The translations under genes and the position numbers were made by a program. Below, piece by piece: positions 20,207 through 30,746 of a stretch of DNA of 64,000 nt. Source of the DNA: Verrucomicrobiota bacterium (lineage in GTDB: Bacteria > Verrucomicrobiota > Lentisphaeria > Lentisphaerales > Lentisphaeraceae). The stretch is from contig JBDKFG010000070.1 in NCBI GenBank assembly GCA_039798785.1, positions 10,338 through 74,337 of the forward strand, read 5' to 3'. The notes under the pieces are model-generated. The model saw nothing but the letters and a program-made list of their open reading frames with translations, was not told the origin of the DNA and made no database searches. Each line of letters opens with the position of its first letter. Positions within the stretch are counted from its first letter, which is position 1.

Positions 20207-20417
20207 TCGTACTATCCTGAATACAAAGGAATGTACTGTAGTTATCGCAACAACAATGCTTAATGATCAAATAAGAGTTGCTTACAACTTATCGTCAGCC
20301 GGTGATTGAATTCGCGCTCATCAAGCTCCTTCGCCCCCTAGTGTCAATTTCCGCTCCGATGCTAAATTCGCGGCCTTCGCAATAAAATCCCAAGCTCCCA
20401 ACCCCGCGGTCACCGAC

Positions 20418-22865
20418 ATGAAACTCTCCCTCTCCTGGATCCAGGAATTCACCGACGCCAAGATCGATCTCACCCCCCTCGAGCTGAGCTCGAAGATCTC
20501 CCTCTCCGTCGCCGAAGTCGAAGATGTCCATGTCACCGGCGTCGCCCTGACCCAGGTCCGCGTCTGCGAAATCCTCGCCACCCAGCCGCACCCCAACGCC
20601 GACAAGCTCCGCCTCGCCACCATCCGCGCCGGCGGCGAGGAACGCCAGATCGTCTGCGGCGCCGGCAACTGCCGCCCCGGCATCAAGGTCCCCTTCGCCG
20701 ACCTCGGCGCCAAGCTCCCCTACACCGACAAGGAAGGCAAGCCGGCCATCCTCGAGATCAAGAAGGCGGCCATCCGCGGCGTCGAATCCACCGGCATGCT
20801 CTGCTCGGCCAAGGAACTCGGCCTCGCCGAAGCCTCCGACGGCCTGCTCGAACTGCCCGACAGCACTCCCGTCGGCGCCAAGCTCTCCGAACTGCCCGCC
20901 TACCGCGCCGAGGCCGACCTGGTCCTCGAGATCGACAACAAGTCGCTCACCCACCGCCCCGACCTCTGGGGCCACTACGGCTTCGCCCGCGAATTCGCCG
21001 CGGTCTTCGGCGGCGCCCTCAAGCCCTACCCGGGCCTCGAACCGGACTCGAAGGCGACCAGCGCCTGGCAAGTCGCCATCGCCAATCCCGAACTCTGCCG
21101 CCGCTACTCCTGCCTCGAAGTCGAAGGCCTCGACGCCGGCCCCTCGCCGGAATGGCTCCAGACCCGCCTCCGCCAGGGCGGCATCGGCAGCATCAACAAG
21201 CTGGTCGACGTCACCAACTTCATCCTCCTCGAACTCGGCCAGCCGATGCACGCCTTCGACGCCGACAAGCTCGCCGCCAAACAGGTCAGCGTCCGCGCCG
21301 CGGCCGAAGGTGAATCCTTCGCCGCCCTCAACGGCCAGTCCTACACCCTCAAGACCAGCGACCTGGTGATCGACATCGGCGGCCGCGCCGAAGCTCTCGC
21401 CGGCGTCATGGGCGGCGCCCACTCGGCGGTCTCCGCCAGCACCACCCGCCTCCTCCTCGAATCGGCCAACTTCCACGCCGCCGGCGTCCGCCGCACCGCC
21501 ACCCGCACCGGCCTGCGCTCCGACTCCTCCGCCCGCTTCGAAAAGTCGCTCGACCCCGAGAACTGCGACAAGGCCCTCCGCCGCGCCTGGCAGCTCCTCA
21601 AGGAACTCTGCCCCGCCGCCCGCTGCGTCGGCGGCATCGTCGACTCCTACCCCGCCCCCTACCCGGCCCTCAGCATCCAGACCAGCTACGCCTTCCTCGC
21701 CAGCCGCCTCGGCACCGACGTCGGCAAGGCCTTCATCGATGACAAGCTCGCCCGCCTCGGATTCTCCCTCAAGGGCGACCTCGATATCGCCATCCCCTCC
21801 TGGCGCGCCACCAAGGACGTCGCCATCGCCGAGGACATCGTCGAAGAGATCGGCCGCCTCTACGGCTACGACAACATCCCCTCGATGGCGGTCACCCTGC
21901 CCGACTCGATCCCCGCCCCCAACCCCGCCCGCAAGCTCGAACGCGAACTCAAGAACGTCCTCGCCAACGGCTGGAACGCCACCGAGATCATGAGCTACCC
22001 CTGGTGCGGCGACAAGGAGCTCGCCACCTACGGCCTCAAGCCGGACGGCCTGATGACGCTCGTCAACTCCCTCTCCGAAGACGCCAAGTACATGAAGACC
22101 ACCGACATCCCCAAGATCATCGCGGCGGTGTCGGAAAACCTCAAGTACCGCGACTCCTTCCGCCTCTTCAACTTCACCCGCGTCTACGACACCACGGTGA
22201 TGAAGGGCCTCCTCCCCACCGAACGCTTCCAGTTCACCGGCGCCTTCGTCCCCGCCGCCGACAAGAAGGACGCGCTCCAGACCCAGAGCTTCGCCGACGC
22301 CAAGGCCTGCGTCCTCGACCTCCTCCGCACCGCCGGTCTCGCCGGCTTCACCGTCGAGGAACTGCGCGACAAATCGGCCCCCTGGATCCACCCCGGCATC
22401 GCCTGCGGCCTCTACCGCGGCAAACAGCTCATCGCCCAGATCTTCAAGCTCCACCCCGCCGTCGCCGCGACCCAGGACATCAAGGCCAACGCCTACCTCT
22501 TCCAGGTCGACTTCGACGCTCTCGTCGGCGCCGAACGCAAGTTCAAATACAAGCCGGTCGCCCGCTTCCCCAGTGTCGACTTCGACATCACCGCCCTGGT
22601 CAACGAACGCGCCCTCGCCGGCAGCCTCCAGACCGCCATCACCAAGGCCCTCGGCGCCAGCCTCACCGGCATCGAAGTGGTCTCCATCTACCAGGGCGAC
22701 AACCTCGGCCCGGGCAAGAAGACCATCTCCTACCGGATGACCGTCGCCTCCGACGAACGCACCCTCGCCCCCGACGAGATCCTCGACCTCAACCGCAAGG
22801 CGGTCAAAGCGGTCCTCAACGCCGGCGCCGAAATCCCCAACCTGCCGGAAGTGCTGAAGAGCTGA
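20418..22865 (+). CDS. pheT: Phenylalanine--tRNA ligase beta subunit
   Basis: 'HPNADKL', 'IVCGA', 'IRGVESTGMLCSAKELG', 'HRPDLWG', 'QPMHAFD', 'SARFEK', 'DIVEEIGRLYGY', C-terminal anticodon-binding domain. Confidence 0.97.
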   Translation: MKLSLSWIQEFTDAKIDLTPLELSSKISLSVAEVEDVHVTGVALTQVRVCEILATQPHPNADKLRLATIRAGGEERQIVCGAGNCRPGIKVPFADLGAKLPYTDKEGKPAILEIKKAAIRGVESTGMLCSAKELGLAEASDGLLELPDSTPVGAKLSELPAYRAEADLVLEIDNKSLTHRPDLWGHYGFAREFAAVFGGALKPYPGLEPDSKATSAWQVAIANPELCRRYSCLEVEGLDAGPSPEWLQTRLRQGGIGSINKLVDVTNFILLELGQPMHAFDADKLAAKQVSVRAAAEGESFAALNGQSYTLKTSDLVIDIGGRAEALAGVMGGAHSAVSASTTRLLLESANFHAAGVRRTATRTGLRSDSSARFEKSLDPENCDKALRRAWQLLKELCPAARCVGGIVDSYPAPYPALSIQTSYAFLASRLGTDVGKAFIDDKLARLGFSLKGDLDIAIPSWRATKDVAIAEDIVEEIGRLYGYDNIPSMAVTLPDSIPAPNPARKLERELKNVLANGWNATEIMSYPWCGDKELATYGLKPDGLMTLVNSLSEDAKYMKTTDIPKIIAAVSENLKYRDSFRLFNFTRVYDTTVMKGLLPTERFQFTGAFVPAADKKDALQTQSFADAKACVLDLLRTAGLAGFTVEELRDKSAPWIHPGIACGLYRGKQLIAQIFKLHPAVAATQDIKANAYLFQVDFDALVGAERKFKYKPVARFPSVDFDITALVNERALAGSLQTAITKALGASLTGIEVVSIYQGDNLGPGKKTISYRMTVASDERTLAPDEILDLNRKAVKAVLNAGAEIPNLPEVLKS

Positions 22866-22899
22866 GCCTCGTCCCTTTCGTTCCCTGGGAGCGTCCCCA

Positions 22900-23964
22900 G
22901 GGAGCGCGCCAGCCCCCTGGCGCCTCGTTCCTTGGGAGCGCGCCAGCCCCCTGGCGCTCTTCCTTTCCTCGTTCCTCCTTTCGCCCATCGCGCCAGCCGC
23001 GTTACCTTACCTCACGAGGGGTAAACGATGAACGATGAACAAGAACACGGCGCCAGGGGGCTGGCGCGCTCCCAGGCGAACGACGAACGGCACGGCGCCA
23101 GGGGGCTGGCGCGCTCCCAGGCGAACGACGAAAGAAACGGCGACGAGAGGGCATCCCGGGAGAAGGAGATGCGATTGGTCGAGGGACGCGGTTGGCATTC
23201 GCGCGGCTACCTGCCCCATTTTGATCGACGCTACAGCGTGCAGTCGATCACCATCCACCTCGGTGACAGCCTGCCGCAGGAGAAACTCCAGCGACTCGAG
23301 GAAGAGCTGAAGGATCTGAGCCAGAGCGAACGCGACCTGAAACGACGTCAAACGATCCAGAGCTGGCTCGACGCCGGGCACGGCAGCTGTGTTTTGCGGC
23401 ATCCGCGAGCGGCGGCGATTTTGGAGGCCACCTTGCTCCATTTCGACGGCATCCACTACCGCCTGCTGGAATGGGTGGTCATGCCCAACCATCTGCATGT
23501 GTTGATTGAGATCATCGGAACAATGACTTTAGGCGACATTGTCAAAGGCTGGAAGACGGTCAGTGCCAAGGCCATTTGTGAAGCTCTTGCTCCTGCCCCT
23601 CCCCTGGGAGCGCGCCAGCCCCCTGGCGCTCTTCCTTTCGCCCAGGAAGAAAAGACGTCCACAACGCAAGAGCAAAACGCTGAACACCAAGCCAGCGCCG
23701 GGGAACCGCCGCGCTCGCCGCGGCAAGATGCGGGCTGTCCCTTGTCCCGCAAGGGTTTTTGGCATTTGGATTTTTTCGATCGCTTCATCCGCAACGGCGA
23801 GCATTATGCCAATGCGGTGAGATACATCCACAACAATCCGAAGGAAGCCGGTCTTGTGCGGGAAGCGCAAGATTGGCCCTGGGGAAGCGCCAGGTTCTTG
23901 CCCCCTCGCGAAGGGCGGAAACACGAGGAACGATAACCCCGCGCCAGAGGGCTGGCGCGCTCCC
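22900..23964. repeat. REP array: six copies of GGGAGCGCGCCAGCCCCCTGGCGC around and inside the RAYT gene
   Basis: Forward at 22900, 22934, 23606; reverse at 23050, 23095, 23941 (1 mismatch). Core hairpin GCGCCAG-CCC-CTGGCGC. Confidence 0.95.
23169..23936 (+). mobile_element. REP-associated tyrosine (HUH/Y1) transposase, RAYT family
   Basis: 'GWHSRGYLPHFD', 'WVVMPNHLHVL' (HUH), 'FW..DFFDRFIRN...YIHNNP..AGLV...WPWGS'. Start could extend upstream to 23028. Confidence 0.93.
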
Positions 23965-24015
23965 AGCAGCCCCCCAGGAGCAGCGCGCCTTGCCGGCGGC
24001 GGATTATCTTGCGAC

Positions 24016-24360
24016 ATGCACCTCGCCGAAACCCTCGAAGACCTGCTCAGCCCGCTCGGCCTGATCGAAACCCGCCGCATGTTCGGCGGGGCGGGGATGC
24101 GCTGCAACGGCACCTTCTTCGCCATTCTCGACGAGGATGCGGTCTACTTCCGCGGCTTCTCGTCCCGCGCCCGCCATTTCTTCGAGGTCGAACAGGGCCT
24201 CGCTCCCTTCGAATACACCGCCCGCGGCCGCCTCATCCGCCTCCGCTACTTCCGCATCCCCCTCGAACTGCTCGACGAACCCCGCCGCTTGCAGGAATGG
24301 ACCCGGCTCGCCCTCGAGGACGAAAACCCTCAACCGAAAAAACGCAGGCCGAAGAGCTGA
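24016..24360 (+). CDS. TfoX/Sxy N-terminal domain protein
   Basis: 'RRMFGGAG', 'FAIL...VYFR', 'PFEY', 'YFRIP.ELLDE...W..LA'. Confidence 0.85.
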   Translation: MHLAETLEDLLSPLGLIETRRMFGGAGMRCNGTFFAILDEDAVYFRGFSSRARHFFEVEQGLAPFEYTARGRLIRLRYFRIPLELLDEPRRLQEWTRLALEDENPQPKKRRPKS

Positions 24361-24395
24361 GGTCGACCAGTAAGAGGCGCACGGAGAATCCAGGC

Positions 24396-25937
24396 TTATT
24401 CAAGAAAATGCTTGAGCGCGGGTCCCAGCACCGGATCAAGCGCCGGCTTGAAGGGGGAGAGAAGCTCGGCGGTGTAATAAGCAGCGGTTTCATTGGGATG
24501 ATCATTGCAGTTGCGGGCGGCGGGGAGTCGCTGCAGCAAAGCCGGGAAGCTCCTGGGGAAATCACGGCCGGCGCTAGAGTCCAGGGTGATCTTGCCGTCG
24601 GCACCGCGCAGCACAGGATAAGCCTTGCCGACAAAATCGCGCCCCATGATCGGCTTATCCAGCTGTCCCAGAAGGGTCAGGGGAACCCAATCGCGGCCGT
24701 CCTCGGCGAAGCTGAAGAAAGTGCTCATCGCATCAGGATTGGGAAGGTAAGCGGGTAGCAATGCTGCGGGCAGATTCAGTCCCGGAACGGCGGTGAAGCC
24801 GACCGGCTCGGCGAAGCGTTGGCGGAAGCGCTCCGGATAGAATCGTTCCAGGACATGCATTTTCTCATGGGCGAGCAGGTTGTCGCGATGGATCGGGCTG
24901 CGCTTCATCATCGCCAGGGCCGAGGAGCTGAAGAGGATGGCCGGGCCGCGGGTGTGGGGGAAGCCGCCGCAGAAGCTGTCCTTGACCTTGATGAAGTGCC
25001 AGGGGCAGCGGTGCATCAATCCCCAGTCCTTGGCGGCGCCGTGCTTCTCCAGGCTGGTGATGCCGTCGCGCAGCATCTGCTTCTCCTCCTCGCTGAATTC
25101 GATCAGCTCCTTGGGGAAAAGCTCGCGGGCGGCCTTGAGGGCGGCGGCGGGCTCGTCGGGGATGTCGTAGCGGCGCAGGAAGGCGCGGACAGCCGCCGGC
25201 GACAAAGAGGAGAGATAGGGTTCCCAACTTTCGTCGAGCATCAGCTTCGCCCCGGCCGCGGCACTGAAGAACTTCACCCGCTCCTGCACCAGGGGCGATT
25301 TCAAGACCACGTCGCGCTGATGCTGATTGATGCCATCGACCCCGAGACGCTCGGCGTAGGGGCCGTCGCCCTGGACGTTGGGCACATCGTCGGGAACGAG
25401 CGGGTCGTCGACGGCGTGGATCAGGCCGAAGCAGTGGCCGACCTCGTGGGCGACGACGAACTCCAGCATGTCCGGGTCGTTGTCCTTTTCGGGCAGGCAG
25501 ACGAAGCAGACGTCGCCATTCAATTTGCCGCGGCCGCAAGTCTGGGCCCGGCCGTCGAGGGCGCTGACGAAGATGAGGTTGACGATTTCGCCTTGGCCGC
25601 GCAGGACCCCGGCTTTTTTCGCTTCTTCGCAAACCCGGTCGAGGTTCATCTCGCCGCGCAGGACCTTGCCGTTGCGCCAGATCCGCGGCTCCAGGTAGAG
25701 AAACTCCAGATCGGCCTTGGTGTAACACCGGTCGACCAGCTTCTTCGGGAAGCAGGTGTTGGCCTGGACCTTGCCTTCATCGTCGGCCAGAACGATGGGA
25801 TTGAGGAGAACGACTCGCGAGCGCGGAGCCGCGGGCTTTTCGACGCCGGCGGTGGCGGTGGCGGTGGCGCTGGCGGAGCCTTCCGCCTGCAGGAAGGGAG
25901 CGGCGGCGAGGACGAGGGCGGCGAGAAGGGATTTCAT
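24396..25937 (-). CDS. Secreted protein with two zinc-metallopeptidase domains
   Basis: Signal peptide; 'AHEVGHCFGLIH' (HExxHxxGxxH) and 'AHEKMH' (HExxH) with 'GFPHTRG', 'PNPD', 'DHPNE'. Confidence 0.8.
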   Translation of the reverse strand: MKSLLAALVLAAAPFLQAEGSASATATATAGVEKPAAPRSRVVLLNPIVLADDEGKVQANTCFPKKLVDRCYTKADLEFLYLEPRIWRNGKVLRGEMNLDRVCEEAKKAGVLRGQGEIVNLIFVSALDGRAQTCGRGKLNGDVCFVCLPEKDNDPDMLEFVVAHEVGHCFGLIHAVDDPLVPDDVPNVQGDGPYAERLGVDGINQHQRDVVLKSPLVQERVKFFSAAAGAKLMLDESWEPYLSSLSPAAVRAFLRRYDIPDEPAAALKAARELFPKELIEFSEEEKQMLRDGITSLEKHGAAKDWGLMHRCPWHFIKVKDSFCGGFPHTRGPAILFSSSALAMMKRSPIHRDNLLAHEKMHVLERFYPERFRQRFAEPVGFTAVPGLNLPAALLPAYLPNPDAMSTFFSFAEDGRDWVPLTLLGQLDKPIMGRDFVGKAYPVLRGADGKITLDSSAGRDFPRSFPALLQRLPAARNCNDHPNETAAYYTAELLSPFKPALDPVLGPALKHFLE

Positions 25938-26048
25938 CAATTGGGACTCCAGGATTGGCGTTCGAGAGAATATACGCATGATGCGGCGGTTTTTCGTAGC
26001 CGAGCTAGATTGGCGCGTTCACCACCATACCCGGAGCCTGCAAGATTT

Positions 26049-28046
26049 ATGATCCCTGCCAAGCTTTCCAGCCTTCTCCGTCCCAAGGGTGCCCACACTC
26101 ACAATCACGACGGCTCCTGCTGCGGCCATGAACACCATCACCCCGGCGAGGCGCACAAAGGCCCCTCCCTCGATGACCACTCGCACGCCCACGTCCCCTT
26201 CTGGGTGGTCTGCTTCGGCGGCCTCCTGATCGTCAACTCCTACATCGCCGACAAGGTCTTCGGAGCCGATTCGCTGCAAGGCGTCGTCTCCGCTCTCGCC
26301 GCCGCCCTCCTCCTCTCCCTGCCGATCTTCTGGACCACCCTGAAAGACCTCGCCGCCGGCCGCGTCTTCATGAACGAGCTGGTCGCCCTCGCCCTCCTCG
26401 CCGCCTTCGTCGGCGAGGACTACCGCACCGTCGCCGCCGTCGCCTTCTTCATGCTCCTGGCGATCATGATCGAACACCGCACCGCCGCCGGCGCCCTCGC
26501 CGCCATCGAAGGCCTGATCCGGATGACCCCCAGACGTGCCCTGAAACTCCAGGCCGACGGCAGCCAGCTCGAAGTCGAAGCCGCCTCCCTCCGCCCCGGC
26601 GACCTCATCCTCGTCCGCCCCGGCGATGCCCTCCCGGTCGACGGCGTCATCACCCAAGGCGCCTCCTCCCTCAACCAAGCCTCGATCACCGGCGAATCCC
26701 TGCCGGTCGACAAGACCGAACACGACGACGTCTTCGCCGGCACCCAGAACCTCACCGGCGCCCTCACCGTCAAGGTCACCCGCACCGGCAGCGACACCAC
26801 CCTCGGCCAGGTCCGGAGTCTGATCGAACAGGCCGAAGCCTCGCGCCCGCCAGTGATGCGGATGATCGACCGCTATGCCGCTTACTACGTCCCCGTCGTC
26901 CTCCTGCTCGCCGGCATCGCCTACTACTTCAGCGACTTCGATCTCAACGTCCTGGTTGCCATGCTGGTCGTCGCCTGTCCCTGCGCCCTCGTCGTTGCCA
27001 CCCCCTCCGCCGTAGTCGCCGCCGTCGCCTCCTGCGCCCGCCTCGGCGTCCTGGTCCGCGACGTCGCCCAGCTGGAAGTTGCGGCCAAGGTGCGCTCGAT
27101 CGTGCTTGACAAGACCGGCACGTTGACCCAGGGCATCCTCGAAGTGTCGCGCCTGCAGCCGGCGGAAGGCGTTCCTCCGGCCGAGCTCCTGCGCGCCGCC
27201 CTTAGCGCCGAAGGCTCCTCGACCCACCCGGTCGCCCGCGCCATCGTCCGTCTTGCCGAAGAGGCCGGCCTGAAATATCAAGCACCTGCCTCGGTCACCG
27301 AAGAACCCGGACGCGGCGTCCAGGCCATGGGCAGTGAAGGCCATTGCCTCGCCGGCCGCCGCACCTGGCTCGACTCGCTGAAGATCGACACCACTACCTG
27401 TCCGGACGCCGGCTCCGCCAGCGGCAAGAGCCTGGTCTACGTTGCCAAGGACGGACGCTGCCTCGGCTGGATCGCCCTGGCCGACAAGGTCCGCCCGGAA
27501 GCCCGCGAGGCGGTGCGGCTCTTGCGAGAGCTCGGCATCGAGGACATCGCCATGGTCACAGGCGACAACGCCTCGGTGGCCCAGAGCATCGCCGTGGAAG
27601 TCGGGATCACCGAGATCCACAGCGAATGCCTGCCGGCTCAAAAGGCGGCCAAGGTCGCCGAGTTGAAAGCTTCCGGAAGCGGCGTCGCCGTGGTCGGCGA
27701 CGGCGTCAACGACGCCCCCGCCCTCGCCAGCGGCGACGTCGGCATCGCGATGGGCGCCGCCGGCTCCGATATCGCCGTCAACAGCGCCTCCGTCACCCTG
27801 ATGAACTCCGACCTGCGCCGCATCCCCTACTTCATCACCCTGTCCCGCCGAACCCGCACGGTGATGACCCAGAATCTGGCCATCGGCATCCTCAGCATCG
27901 CCATCGGCATGGCTTTCAGCGCCCTCGGCTATCTCACTGGTGTCGCGGCGGCGATCCTCCACACTCTCAGCACCCTGGTCATCATCATGAACAGCGCCCG
28001 TCTCGTCCGCGAAGGCGAGGAGCTTGAAATCGCCGCTAAAAACTGA
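26049..28046 (+). CDS. Heavy-metal P1B-type ATPase (Zn/Cd/Pb/Co-like) with His-rich N-terminus
   Basis: 'TGES', 'ACPCAL', 'DKTGTLT', 'HP', 'TGDN', 'GDGVNDAPAL', N-terminal HTHNHDGSCCGHEHHH. Confidence 0.94.
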   Translation: MIPAKLSSLLRPKGAHTHNHDGSCCGHEHHHPGEAHKGPSLDDHSHAHVPFWVVCFGGLLIVNSYIADKVFGADSLQGVVSALAAALLLSLPIFWTTLKDLAAGRVFMNELVALALLAAFVGEDYRTVAAVAFFMLLAIMIEHRTAAGALAAIEGLIRMTPRRALKLQADGSQLEVEAASLRPGDLILVRPGDALPVDGVITQGASSLNQASITGESLPVDKTEHDDVFAGTQNLTGALTVKVTRTGSDTTLGQVRSLIEQAEASRPPVMRMIDRYAAYYVPVVLLLAGIAYYFSDFDLNVLVAMLVVACPCALVVATPSAVVAAVASCARLGVLVRDVAQLEVAAKVRSIVLDKTGTLTQGILEVSRLQPAEGVPPAELLRAALSAEGSSTHPVARAIVRLAEEAGLKYQAPASVTEEPGRGVQAMGSEGHCLAGRRTWLDSLKIDTTTCPDAGSASGKSLVYVAKDGRCLGWIALADKVRPEAREAVRLLRELGIEDIAMVTGDNASVAQSIAVEVGITEIHSECLPAQKAAKVAELKASGSGVAVVGDGVNDAPALASGDVGIAMGAAGSDIAVNSASVTLMNSDLRRIPYFITLSRRTRTVMTQNLAIGILSIAIGMAFSALGYLTGVAAAILHTLSTLVIIMNSARLVREGEELEIAAKN

Positions 28047-28127
28047 GTCAGAGAGTTGGAGCGCGAGTGCTGGGATCAGCTTTGCCAGTCCAACCCCTGA
28101 TCCATCGCTGCAATCCGGGGCCACATC

Positions 28128-30044
<1,917 letters not shown>

Positions 30045-30045
30045 T

Positions 30046-30744
30046 TCAGCGACCAGGCTTCGGCGCGGCGACTGCAAGGAGGAAATTGAGTTTCGGCGTC
30101 AGGCTCGCCGCCAGAGCCGGCAAGGCGCCGGTCTCCGCCAGGAGAAAGCGCTCCTCCGGCCCGCCGAGATCGACGGCGAGGACGGCCTCTCGCCCCGCCA
30201 GTTCCTTGCCGCAATCGGCAAGGAAGGCTTCTCGACGGTAGGGAGTTTCAAGGAGCACGAGCGGCCGTTTCAAGCGGGCCAGTTCCTGCAGGCAGCGGCG
30301 GCGGGCTGCCGGCTCGCGCGGCAGCAGACCTTCACAGACAAAGCCCTTCACCGGGAAGGGGCAGGCACCGAGGATGGTGGTGACCGAGCTGGGGCCGCCG
30401 ACGGAGCGGACCTGTGCGCCGAGACGGGCTGCGACCCCGACCAGGGCGGTGCCTGGGTCCTCCAGGACCGGACAGCCTTGCGAGCTCATGTAGACCGCAG
30501 TGCCGCCGTTCCCGAGGCATTGGCGGAGGGCCTCGAGCGTGCCTGCCTCCTGCTGTTCCGACCAGCGCAGCCAGGATCGGGTCAAGCCAGCGGCCTTGAG
30601 GGCGGCGCGGGCGGCGCGGTCTTCCTCGAAGATGTGCAGCTGCGCCTCGCGCAGAGCCTGCAGAGAACGCAGAGGCACGTCCTCGGGATTGCCGAGGCCA
30701 TTGGCGGCCATGATCAGGGTGCCGGGAGCGCTGGCCTGGGGCAC
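30046..30744 (-). CDS. Tetrapyrrole-methylase-fold SAM methyltransferase (RsmI-like)
   Basis: 'GLGNPEDVPLRSL', 'EEDR', 'GCPVLEDPG', 'GGPSS', 'F..EGLLPR', 'LETPYR'. GTG start inferred. Confidence 0.8.
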   Translation of the reverse strand: MPQASAPGTLIMAANGLGNPEDVPLRSLQALREAQLHIFEEDRAARAALKAAGLTRSWLRWSEQQEAGTLEALRQCLGNGGTAVYMSSQGCPVLEDPGTALVGVAARLGAQVRSVGGPSSVTTILGACPFPVKGFVCEGLLPREPAARRRCLQELARLKRPLVLLETPYRREAFLADCGKELAGREAVLAVDLGGPEERFLLAETGALPALAASLTPKLNFLLAVAAPKPGR

Positions 30745-30746
30745 GT

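Noticed and set aside
22886..23130. CRISPR array from the repeated 24-mers
   Set aside because: Copies occur in both orientations with irregular or duplicated spacers, sit next to a RAYT, and no cas genes are present. They are REPs.
24819..26048. N-terminal 410-aa extension of the P-type ATPase ORF
   Set aside because: It overlaps the peptidase gene on the opposite strand. The ATPase plausibly starts at ATG 26049.
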